A stretch of DNA of 59,310 nucleotides from a bacterium (GTDB lineage: Bacteria; Patescibacteriota; Minisyncoccia; UBA6257; JAGOQP01): NCBI GenBank assembly GCA_021812345.1, contig JAKANP010000004.1:1-59310 (forward strand), in the 5' to 3' direction. The notes beneath the pieces are model-generated. The model saw only the letters and a list, made by a program, of their open reading frames with translations, ran no database searches and was not told where the DNA came from. This document shows, in pieces, positions 17,885 to 26,270 of the stretch. Positions within the stretch are counted from its first letter, which is position 1, and each line of letters starts with the position of its first letter. Position numbers and translations under genes: made by a program.

Positions 17885-19141
17885 TTATTTTGTGGCATTA
17901 TAGAGAGCGGATATTTCACTTGCGGAGAGGGCGCGGCTGTATGCCCGAACATCGTCAATTTGCCCCTTAAATGATTCTGACCCGTCACATATTGCTCCTA
18001 TGCAAAATTTAGTCGAGTTCTGGACTAAAGATGACGCTCCAGGACCACTAAAAACACTCGCGCCATTATCATAAATCGTTATTGAAGAATATGTATTATA
18101 TACCAGGGCAACTTGCTGCCAAGTATTATCAGCAGACGTACTTGAGGCGCTCACCGATGTCCAACTGCCATTATACCAACCGAAGTTTATAGTCCCCGAT
18201 AATAATTGTAGTTGGTAATGAGCAAATGACGTACTCCCGTCTCTTCTAGTTATAATTTGATGACCGCAGCCGGAACATCCAGTTTTTACCCAGGCGACCA
18301 AAGTAAAAGCATTGGAAAAATTATAGAGATTGGAAGTGCCCACATACACATAGTCGTTTGTTCCATTAAAATTTCCCGCGTAAGATCCAATCTTACCACT
18401 AGTATAGTAAGGCGTTGCGCCGCTCCATGTCCCATTATTCCCATTTCCACTCTTGTCATAAGCGGTAGTCCCGGAACCTTCATCAAACGGCCAGTATCCA
18501 ACAAGTCCGGTATTGTTATATATGGGAGAAAGAGTTAGATTATTTCCTTTAGCATATACTCCGGGAAGATTGGATTTGGTAAGGGTGGTATTATCTCTGT
18601 ATTTATTGGATTCAAATATGGCATCCAGTTCCCAAGATCCTCCTGAGGTATAGGTATAATAATCTCCTGTAGAGGTGGAGTTGATGGGGTCTATGGGTAA
18701 AGAAGAGAAGGAAAGGGTTGGAGATTGGGTAAAGTCAACAGGAATCCATCCGGTTCCATTGACACTTTGGAGAGTAGAGGTGGAGACACAATGATAAGAA
18801 TAATTGGAAGGTAGAGTGGGAAGACCTAAGTTGGCGCAAGTGGAAGTGGAATCAGGGATTGAGACATAGACGGTATTAGCTAGTCCGAAGTTGGTTACTC
18901 CTTGGGTTTCTAAGACATTTAAGGCCTGATTGATGGAGCCTAAGTCATTCATTCTGGTGACATCTCTGGTTTGTTTGAGATATTCTGCGGGGTTTAGGAT
19001 GATTATAACTGCTGCGGTTAATATAGCTAAAATACCTATGACTACTAGAAGTTCTATCAATGTAAAAGAGGATCTTGCCCTGAGCTTGTCAAAGGGTCTT
19101 GCCTTTAACTTGCTAAAGAGTTTGTCAGATATTTTAGACAT
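17885..19141 (-). CDS. Type IV pilin-like protein with a C-terminal LamG/ConA-like domain
   Basis: SS|FTLIE prepilin motif; GLVGYWPFDEGSG...F.GQIDDVRAYSRALS LamG signature; N-terminal module shared with 8194..13362. Confidence 0.92.
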   Translation of the reverse strand: MSKISDKLFSKLKARPFDKLRARSSFTLIELLVVIGILAILTAAVIIILNPAEYLKQTRDVTRMNDLGSINQALNVLETQGVTNFGLANTVYVSIPDSTSTCANLGLPTLPSNYSYHCVSTSTLQSVNGTGWIPVDFTQSPTLSFSSLPIDPINSTSTGDYYTYTSGGSWELDAIFESNKYRDNTTLTKSNLPGVYAKGNNLTLSPIYNNTGLVGYWPFDEGSGTTAYDKSGNGNNGTWSGATPYYTSGKIGSYAGNFNGTNDYVYVGTSNLYNFSNAFTLVAWVKTGCSGCGHQIITRRDGSTSFAHYQLQLLSGTINFGWYNGSWTSVSASSTSADNTWQQVALVYNTYSSITIYDNGASVFSGPGASSLVQNSTKFCIGAICDGSESFKGQIDDVRAYSRALSASEISALYNATK

Positions 19142-19184
19142 ATTTATTAATTATTATTTAGTTTAATAATAACATACTTTTTAA

Positions 19185-19193
19185 GGGGGGGGG
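19185..19193 (-). repeat. G9/C9 homopolymer in the pilin-LamG promoter
   Basis: C9 tract between TTATCCACT (19203-19195) and the extended -10 TGtTATTAT (19174-19166). Confidence 0.8.
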
Positions 19194-19312
19194 TAGTGGA
19201 TAAGTTAGTTAGGAAATTATTTTTTTTAGGTTTCGTATTTTGTAGTCTTAGTGGGGGTTGATTATTGGTTGTTTTTGATATTAAATAAAACAGGACATAT
19301 ATTATTTTTCTT

Positions 19313-19387
19313 GGCCCTATCGTCTAGCCTGGTCTAGGACACAGGATTTTCATTCCTGGAACTCGGGTTCAAATCCCGATGGGGTCA
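19313..19387 (+). tRNA. tRNA-Glu(TTC)
   Basis: GGCCCTA/TGGGGTC acceptor stem, CAGGA-TTTTCAT-TCCTG anticodon arm, GGTTCAAATCC. Confidence 0.95.
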
Positions 19388-19634
19388 CAAAAACAAAAAC
19401 ATACCCGCGCAAGCGGGATGTTTTGTTTTTGCCCTCTGGATTTGAACGGCGAACTCCCGTGTTGGAAAATAGGAACGTAAGAAACCCGAAGGTTTCTTAA
19501 GCGGGGGTCGGGGGTGAGCGGTGAAATTCCCGATGGATTTTAAATAAGGAAGCGACGTGAAATTCCCGCCTTGCCCGTCCGTAGCTTAAGCGAAGGAGGG
19601 ATGGCTTGCCTGCCGGTAGGCAGGGGTCACAAAA
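19388..19634 (+). mobile_element. tRNA-Glu 3'-anchored fold-back mini-element with nested REP-like insertions (putative)
   Basis: Inverted T-arm copy GGATTTGAAC at 19438-19447; partial direct copies AATTCCCGATGG (19525-19536) and AATTCCCG...GGGGTCACAAAA (19561-19634). Confidence 0.55.
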
Positions 19635-19661
19635 TAAAAAAATCGCCTCAAGGGCGATTTG

Positions 19662-19901
19662 CTATTTATTATTTTCCGATGGCGGAGTAGCAATGCAAGT
19701 CAGTCTATTAGCTGTTTCGTTAATTTTTATTTCAACAGTTCCCTTATCGCACCCCAAATTCTTAAAACACGCTCCCATCTCTTCCTTGATAGTTTTCATT
19801 TCCGAGAGATTAAATCCTCCACTGATGGTGATGATTAATTGATTGCCCCAATATTTGATATCCAGTAAAACTTTGCGATTGGAGAAATTGAGTTCTTGCA
19901 T
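19662..19901 (-). CDS. Hypothetical small protein
   Basis: 79 aa; purine-rich SD (AAGAAGGG); ends at hairpin AAATCGCC-N5-GGCGATTT. Confidence 0.5.
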   Translation of the reverse strand: MQELNFSNRKVLLDIKYWGNQLIITISGGFNLSEMKTIKEEMGACFKNLGCDKGTVEIKINETANRLTCIATPPSENNK

Positions 19902-20106
19902 TGTGGTTTCCCTTCTTGAGTCCTAAAACGATTATCTCTCATAAATAAGACGAAATCAATTTGACGAATTATTGTTCCCCCGGCCAACACCCCAATGATG
20001 TCTCTCATCGTCTTGGCGCTCATAAATATTCCGGATAAAATTTATCTGCTTGCAATTTGCCATCATGTGCTATAATTGGCTAAAAATAAAACATAATCAA
20101 TAAAAA

Positions 20107-21834
20107 ATGGACCCGGTTCAAGAAATAAAAAACAAATTAGATATAGTGGATATAGCAAAAGAAAGAATTTCTTTAATTCCCGCAGGAAAAAACTTTAAAG
20201 CTTTATGTCCTTTTCATAAAGAAAAAACCCCCTCTTTTATTATCTCTCCCGAAAGACAAACCTGGCATTGCTTTGGATCGTGCAATGAGGGCGGGGATAT
20301 TTTTAGCTTCATAATGAAATATGAACATCTTGAATTTTATGAAGCGCTTTCGATGTTGGCTCAGATAGCCGGAGTGGAGCTTAAAAGAATCAGTCCTCAA
20401 AATCAAAAAGAATTCGGGGTGCTTTATGACATTAATAAATCGGCGGAAGATTTTTTTGCCGGACAGCTCTCAAGCGAAGAAAAATCTCAAAAATATTTAA
20501 CCGGTAGAGGATTAAAGACGGAAACCATAAAAGAATTTGCAATAGGTTTTGCCCCCGCTCAAAAAGATGCTTTGATTTTGCATTTAGTCAATGCCGGGTA
20601 TGATATAGCCGATGTTGAAAGAGCGGGATTGGCCTTTAAAACCGAAAGAGGAACGTATATGGACAGATTCAGAGGAAGAATAATGTTCCCCATAAAAAAT
20701 ACTTTTGGAAAAATTGTCGGATTTTCCGGAAGAATTTTGCCCGAATATGACGATGGAAATTCCGGAAAATACATCAATAGTCCGGAGACTCCCATTTTTA
20801 ATAAATCGAGAACTCTTTATGGATTTGACGCATCAAAACAATATATAAGAGAAACCGGCGTGGCGATGTTGGTTGAGGGACAGATGGATTTTTTGATGCT
20901 CTATCAGGACGGAGTGCATAATGTCTGCGCTACTTCGGGAACAGCTTTAACTCAAAGGCATCTGGAAATTTTGAAAAAAATATCGGAAAGATTGATCTTG
21001 GCCTTTGATAGCGACAACGCCGGAATAATTGCCTCCGAGCGGGCAATTGATATGGCTCACGCTATGGATTTTGTCGTTAATATTTTTATTTTGGACGACG
21101 CTAAAGATTCGGCGGAGTATATTCAAAAAAATCCGGGAAAAATCAAAAGATTGATAGAATCGTCTTCAATTTCCGCTCTTGAATTTTATTTAAAGCGTTA
21201 TGTTGATAATGTTCCCGAATATCAGATTAAGGCGAAAATCAGGCATATTTTGGAAAAAGTTATTTTGATTTACAGCCCGCTTGAACAGGGGCGTTGGCTT
21301 AGAAAAATATCCGAGCATTCTAAAATTTCCGAACAATCGCTGGTTGAAGAATTTAATTTGCTAAAGAAAAAGTCCATCAAAAAAGAAGAAGAAAAAATAA
21401 AATCGGATTTATCGCAAGAATTGGAGTTAAAAAACAGGAGCGAGCGAATTGCTATGGAGCTTTTAATTTTGGTGGCAATGAGCCAACCGTTGATTTCAAA
21501 AATAGATGAAGTAAGAGCCTTTTTGCCGGAAGATTTTATTATGGCGTTGGATTATTTAAAAGGCGCCAAAGAAGAAACGAAAGAAAATTTGAAAGGCATG
21601 GATATAGGCCGTTATGCCGAGATGAAAGCATCTTTGAGATACGGAGAAATAGAGCAGGATAAAATACCTTTTGAAGTTAATGTGCTGTGCCAGGAATTAA
21701 AGAAGGAATATTATAGAGAAAAAAAGGAAGAGATACTCGCCAAGATAAAAGTTTTGGAAAAAAGCGGAAAAACAGAGAAAATAGCCGATGCTTTAAAGGA
21801 ATTTGACGAAATAGCAAAATTAGTTAATAATTAG
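20107..21834 (+). CDS. dnaG: DNA primase
   Basis: CPFHKEKTPSF zinc finger, KYINSPET, TOPRIM VEGQMD and FDSD. Confidence 0.97.
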   Translation: MDPVQEIKNKLDIVDIAKERISLIPAGKNFKALCPFHKEKTPSFIISPERQTWHCFGSCNEGGDIFSFIMKYEHLEFYEALSMLAQIAGVELKRISPQNQKEFGVLYDINKSAEDFFAGQLSSEEKSQKYLTGRGLKTETIKEFAIGFAPAQKDALILHLVNAGYDIADVERAGLAFKTERGTYMDRFRGRIMFPIKNTFGKIVGFSGRILPEYDDGNSGKYINSPETPIFNKSRTLYGFDASKQYIRETGVAMLVEGQMDFLMLYQDGVHNVCATSGTALTQRHLEILKKISERLILAFDSDNAGIIASERAIDMAHAMDFVVNIFILDDAKDSAEYIQKNPGKIKRLIESSSISALEFYLKRYVDNVPEYQIKAKIRHILEKVILIYSPLEQGRWLRKISEHSKISEQSLVEEFNLLKKKSIKKEEEKIKSDLSQELELKNRSERIAMELLILVAMSQPLISKIDEVRAFLPEDFIMALDYLKGAKEETKENLKGMDIGRYAEMKASLRYGEIEQDKIPFEVNVLCQELKKEYYREKKEEILAKIKVLEKSGKTEKIADALKEFDEIAKLVNN

Positions 21835-21931
21835 GTTAATTAATGTCGTCTTTTAAACCGGTGGAATTTGTATCGTAAATCAGTTTGATAAAGCTGTTTT
21901 TGCGATGGCAAGAGCCGGTAAATTATTTTTT

Positions 21932-23197
21932 ATGAAGAAAAAAAATAAAAAAATAAAAAAATCGAAAAAGTCCAAAAAAGTTTCAAAAAAACGAAAATCT
22001 AAAATTTCCGTTCGTGTTAAAAAAACGAAGAAAATAAAAAAATCAAAAACGACAAAAAAGAAAAAGATATCTTCAAAAAAATCGAAAAAAACATCTTCCG
22101 GTTCAAAAACAAAAAAGAAAAAAATAATTTTTGACGAAAAATCAATTGCCGAACTTATCGAAAGGGGTAAGGGCAGGGGATTTGTTACCGACTCCGAAAT
22201 TTTATCAATTTTTCCGAATATTGAACTAAGTGTTGATTTTTTGGAAGAAATTTATTCTCAATTGGATGAAAGAAATATAAAAGTTGTTGAAGTGAGCCAG
22301 CTTATAGACACCAAAGACACCATAAAAGAACCGACGGTAAAAGAAGTAAGCTCGCTCGAAAATTCAGATTTGCCCGATGCTGTTCAACTTTATTTAAAAA
22401 CTATCGGAAGAACTCCTTTGCTTACCGCTCAGGATGAAAAAGATTTGGCAAAGCGTTCCGAAAGAGGCGACGAAGAAGCGCGCCATAAATTAATTCAGGC
22501 CAATTTGCGTTTGGTGGTTTCAATCGCTAAGCACTACGTTAATCGCAGTTCGCATCTTGGAATTTTGGATTTGATTCAAGAAGGGAATATTGGTCTTTCT
22601 CGCGCGGTGGATAAATTTGATTACAGAAAAGGATTTAAATTTTCCACTTATGCCACTTGGTGGATTAGGCAGGCAATAACTCGCGCTTTAGCCGATCAAT
22701 CGCGCACAATTCGCATACCGGTGCATATGGTTGAAACAATCTCAAAATATACTCAAATAAAAAGGCGCTTAGCTCAGGAATTGGGGAGGGACCCATTAGC
22801 CGAAGAAATCGCGATTGAAATGGGAATTGCAGTTGATAAAATTCGTCACATTCAGGAAATCTCACAGGAAGTTTTATCGCTCGAATCTCCTGTCGGTGAC
22901 GATGAAGATAATTCAACTTTGGCGGAGTTTGTAAAAGACGAAAAAGGATTGGCGCCCGATCAAGTCACGGCCCACTCTTTGCTTAAAGAAAAAATATCGG
23001 AAATTATGAACGATTTAACTCCGCGCGAAAGAGAAATTATAGGGATGCGTTTCGGATTGGACGATGGAGTTACCCATACTCTTGAAGAAGTGGGACAAAA
23101 ATTTGGAGTTACAAGAGAGCGCATCAGACAGATTGAAGCCAAAGCTCTTGAGAAAATGAAAGATCATGAAAAATCAAAAGCGCTTGAAGAGTATTAA
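21932..23197 (+). CDS. rpoD: Primary sigma factor RpoD/SigA with a Lys-rich N-terminal extension
   Basis: [43 protein letters not shown]; start 21932 or 21905. Confidence 0.96.
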   Translation: MKKKNKKIKKSKKSKKVSKKRKSKISVRVKKTKKIKKSKTTKKKKISSKKSKKTSSGSKTKKKKIIFDEKSIAELIERGKGRGFVTDSEILSIFPNIELSVDFLEEIYSQLDERNIKVVEVSQLIDTKDTIKEPTVKEVSSLENSDLPDAVQLYLKTIGRTPLLTAQDEKDLAKRSERGDEEARHKLIQANLRLVVSIAKHYVNRSSHLGILDLIQEGNIGLSRAVDKFDYRKGFKFSTYATWWIRQAITRALADQSRTIRIPVHMVETISKYTQIKRRLAQELGRDPLAEEIAIEMGIAVDKIRHIQEISQEVLSLESPVGDDEDNSTLAEFVKDEKGLAPDQVTAHSLLKEKISEIMNDLTPREREIIGMRFGLDDGVTHTLEEVGQKFGVTRERIRQIEAKALEKMKDHEKSKALEEY

Positions 23198-23644
23198 AAT
23201 TATTTAAGTTACGAAAGTACGATCCATCCTTCGCTAAAGCTACGGAGGGCGCGCCATTTTGTCATTCCAGCGAAACATTGCCACAAAATTAGGTGCCACG
23301 CTATAGCGTAGCAACAAAACAATAAATATAATAAAATAATTTTATAAAAAAATTTATTCACTTTTTCAAAATAAAAATCTTATTTATTTTTTAAAATTAA
23401 AGGCGGTTAAACATCTCATAACTGCAAGATACTTAACAAAAATATTTTCTATTATTTTTCTTAATTTTATATCAGTTTATATCAAATTCTATTTCACCTT
23501 AATTTGTACGATCGTTGAAAATAAAGATAAATATAATTTCCTGGAAATAAATTTAAATCATAAACAATATTGGTATGATATCATACGTAGTTTTTAATGA
23601 GTTCTTAATTTTGATAAAGCCAATATTTTTTGTATACTAACAAT

Positions 23645-23959
23645 ATGGCTGAAATAAATGAAAAATCTCTTCAGCATTTGCTGGATTTGGCAAGAATTGA
23701 AGAAAAAGACGCTAAACGCAGAGAAAAATTATTAAAAGATATATCCAAGATTTTGGATTATTTTAACGAATTAAACGAAGTTGACACCGAAAATGTTGAA
23801 CCTTTAAGCGGGGGGACTTTTCTGTCCGATATTACAAGAGATGATGAAAAAAAATATAGAGACGCAAGTGAACACAAAAAACAAAGAGATGCTTCGGTTA
23901 ATCAATTTCCCAAAAAAGAAAATGATTATTTAAAAATTCCGCCAGTCTTTACCGACTAA
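23645..23959 (+). CDS. gatC: Asp/Glu-tRNA amidotransferase subunit C
   Basis: LARI...ILDYFNELNEVDTENVEP...R.D...P....YLKIPPV; precedes gatA. Confidence 0.9.
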   Translation: MAEINEKSLQHLLDLARIEEKDAKRREKLLKDISKILDYFNELNEVDTENVEPLSGGTFLSDITRDDEKKYRDASEHKKQRDASVNQFPKKENDYLKIPPVFTD

Positions 23960-23985
23960 AAACTAAAGACCAAAAAATTTAAAGC

Positions 23986-25452
23986 ATGGATATAAAAAAT
24001 CTGACAATTGAAAAATATCACGAAGGTTTGAAAAACAGAGAATTTTCAATTACCGAAGCAATCGGAGAGTTTTTAAATTACGCCAAAAAAGAAAATGAAA
24101 AAATCGGCGCATTTTTAAGATTCAACGAAGAGGGGTCTTTAAAACAAGCTTCTGAATTGGATAAAAATCTGGAAGAAGGACTCAAAGAACAAGAATTGTT
24201 TGGGGTGCCGATGGGTATTAAAGATAATATTTTAATCTCCGGACAAAAAGCCACCGCCGCCTCAAAAATTTTAGAAAATTATCAGGCATCCTATGACGCG
24301 ACAGTAATATTCAAGTTAAAATCAGATGGCGCCTTGTTCATAGGAAAAACAAATTTGGATGAATTTGCCATGGGCTCGTCTACGGAAAACTCCGCTTTTA
24401 TGACCACCAGAAATCCAAGAGATTTAAGCAGGGTTCCCGGCGGTTCTTCCGGCGGTTCGGCGGCATCGGTAGCGGCAAATATGGTTTTGGGTTCTTTAGG
24501 TACGGATACCGGCGGTTCAATTAGGCAGCCGGCCGGATTTTGCGGAGTAGTCGGACTCAAGCCGACTTATGGGGCGGTATCAAGATATGGAGCTATCGCG
24601 CTTGCTTCAAGTTTGGATCAGATTGGGCCGTTTGCCAAAAACGTCAAAGATGTTGCCAAAATTTTTCAAGTTATCTCGGGGCACGATAATTTGGATTCAA
24701 CCAGCGCTAATGTTGATTATAGCGACGTTGATGATTTTAAAAATTTTAATGTTAAAAAACTGGTTATTGGGATTCCTAAGGAATATTTAATTGACGGAAT
24801 GTCCGATGAGGTAAAAAAATCTTTTAATGAAGTTGTCGGAAAAATAAAAAGAGACGGATTTGAAGTTAAAGAAATAAGTTTGCCTAACACGAAATATGCT
24901 CTCTCTTGTTATTACATAATTTTGCCGGCGGAAGCCAGCGCTAATCTTGCCAGATACGATGGATTACGATATTCCAAACCGGAAGATTTAAAAAACGAAG
25001 ATTTTAAATTGGTTGAAACTTATTTTAAAAACAGAGGAGCGGCAATCGGCGACGAACCAAGAAGAAGAATTCTTTTGGGGACTTTTGTGTTATCCTCGGG
25101 GTATTACGATGCTTATTATGCCAAGGCGCAAAAAGTAAGACGTCTTATTCTGGATGATTTTTTGAGAGCTTTCGACAGGTCATCAAATGGGGTTGATATT
25201 ATAATCGCTCCGGTTACTCCAACAACAGCTTTTAAGATCGGAGAAAAAACCGACGACCCGCTTTCGATGTATTTATCCGACATTTTTACGATTCCGGTTA
25301 ATTTGGCGGGATTGCCGGCCTTGTCTTTACCGGTAAAAAAATATTCGGATGGAAGTTTGCCGGTTAATTTTCAAATAATCGGCAAACATTTTGAAGAAAA
25401 AAGTATTCTGGCTATGGGAAATTATTATGAAAACAATTTGGCTGAAAATTAA
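23986..25452 (+). CDS. gatA: Asp/Glu-tRNA amidotransferase subunit A
   Basis: Amidase signature GKTNLDEFAMGSSTE, PGGSSGGS, DTGGSIRQPA. Confidence 0.97.
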   Translation: MDIKNLTIEKYHEGLKNREFSITEAIGEFLNYAKKENEKIGAFLRFNEEGSLKQASELDKNLEEGLKEQELFGVPMGIKDNILISGQKATAASKILENYQASYDATVIFKLKSDGALFIGKTNLDEFAMGSSTENSAFMTTRNPRDLSRVPGGSSGGSAASVAANMVLGSLGTDTGGSIRQPAGFCGVVGLKPTYGAVSRYGAIALASSLDQIGPFAKNVKDVAKIFQVISGHDNLDSTSANVDYSDVDDFKNFNVKKLVIGIPKEYLIDGMSDEVKKSFNEVVGKIKRDGFEVKEISLPNTKYALSCYYIILPAEASANLARYDGLRYSKPEDLKNEDFKLVETYFKNRGAAIGDEPRRRILLGTFVLSSGYYDAYYAKAQKVRRLILDDFLRAFDRSSNGVDIIIAPVTPTTAFKIGEKTDDPLSMYLSDIFTIPVNLAGLPALSLPVKKYSDGSLPVNFQIIGKHFEEKSILAMGNYYENNLAEN

Positions 25453-25462
25453 AATATAAAAT

Positions 25463-25948
25463 ATGTTTAGCTGGTTTTCTCAAAATTTTATTTGGATTCA
25501 GATCACCTCGATGATTATTTCGGCGGTATTGCTTGTTTTTATCATCAGATTGATGATTAAAATAGATTTTTTTGCGGAAAGAAGGCAATACGGAAGCGAG
25601 ATTAGACACCTGTCAGATTTAAGAAAAAGAAAATTGTCTCAATTATGGAAAAATGTTTTAAAAAGAATTGCTCAACCGGTCCCGTCTTTGTGGAAAGAAT
25701 CTGTTTTTGAAGTGGATGCTTTTTTTGACGATACGCTCAAAGCTTATGGATATCTTGGGTCAAACGAAGAAGAAAGAATGGATAAAGTGGATTCGGAAAA
25801 TATTTCAAATATAAAAAAAATATCAGAAATTCATTTGGAAATTATCAAATTAAAAGGCGATGACAATCTTCCGCTGGATAAGGAAAAAGCTAAAGAATAT
25901 TTAAGAGAATACAGAAAAGCATTCAGAGAACTTGGACTTTTGGATTAA
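25463..25948 (+). CDS. Hypothetical membrane-anchored protein
   Basis: 161 aa; N-terminal TM followed by a helical domain. Confidence 0.75.
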   Translation: MFSWFSQNFIWIQITSMIISAVLLVFIIRLMIKIDFFAERRQYGSEIRHLSDLRKRKLSQLWKNVLKRIAQPVPSLWKESVFEVDAFFDDTLKAYGYLGSNEEERMDKVDSENISNIKKISEIHLEIIKLKGDDNLPLDKEKAKEYLREYRKAFRELGLLD

Positions 25949-25991
25949 AATAAACTTAAAAATACACCTCAATGGTGTATTTTTATTTTAG

Positions 25992-26063
25992 TTGCGGGAG
26001 CTGGAATTGCACCAGCGATCTTCAGGTTATGGGCCTGACGAGATACTACTTCTCCATCCCGCG
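25992..26063 (-). tRNA. Initiator tRNA-fMet(CAT), atypical D and T loops
   Basis: C1:A72 mismatch, A11:U24, TCAGG-CCCATAA-CCTGA anticodon arm, T arm GCTGG-TGCAATT-CCAGC. Confidence 0.88.
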
Positions 26064-26114
26064 ATATTTATTTATTGAATCACTTTTTATTATATATGTA
26101 ATAAATTTGTTCAT

Positions 26115-26164
26115 GCGATCTTCCCGACTATAGTCGGGACGAGATACTACTTCTCCATCTCGCG
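26115..26164 (-). pseudogene. Partial copy of tRNA-fMet with the anticodon arm replaced by a palindrome
   Basis: CGCGAGATGGAGAAGTAGTATCTCGTC-CCGACTATAGTCGG-GAAGATCGC; no T arm or 3' acceptor strand. Confidence 0.8.
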
Positions 26165-26270
26165 ATATATCAGATATATTCGGAAAATTTAGTATAGATA
26201 TTTTTACACTCATTTCTGATGATGTCAAATTTTGCATAAAACAAATTAATGTGTTTATAATTTAAATACG

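Noticed and set aside
19606..20023. ORFs 19606..19842 (+) and 19835..20023 (-)
   Set aside because: The first starts inside a REP-like palindrome and is antisense to 19662..19901; the second has no SD or motif and overlaps that ORF and the dnaG upstream region
23200..23640. Long AT-rich gap as oriC or dif
   Set aside because: No DnaA-box cluster, no dnaA/dnaN neighbour and no dif-like 28-mer seen; only a REP-like copy and a 14-bp palindrome (23573-23586)
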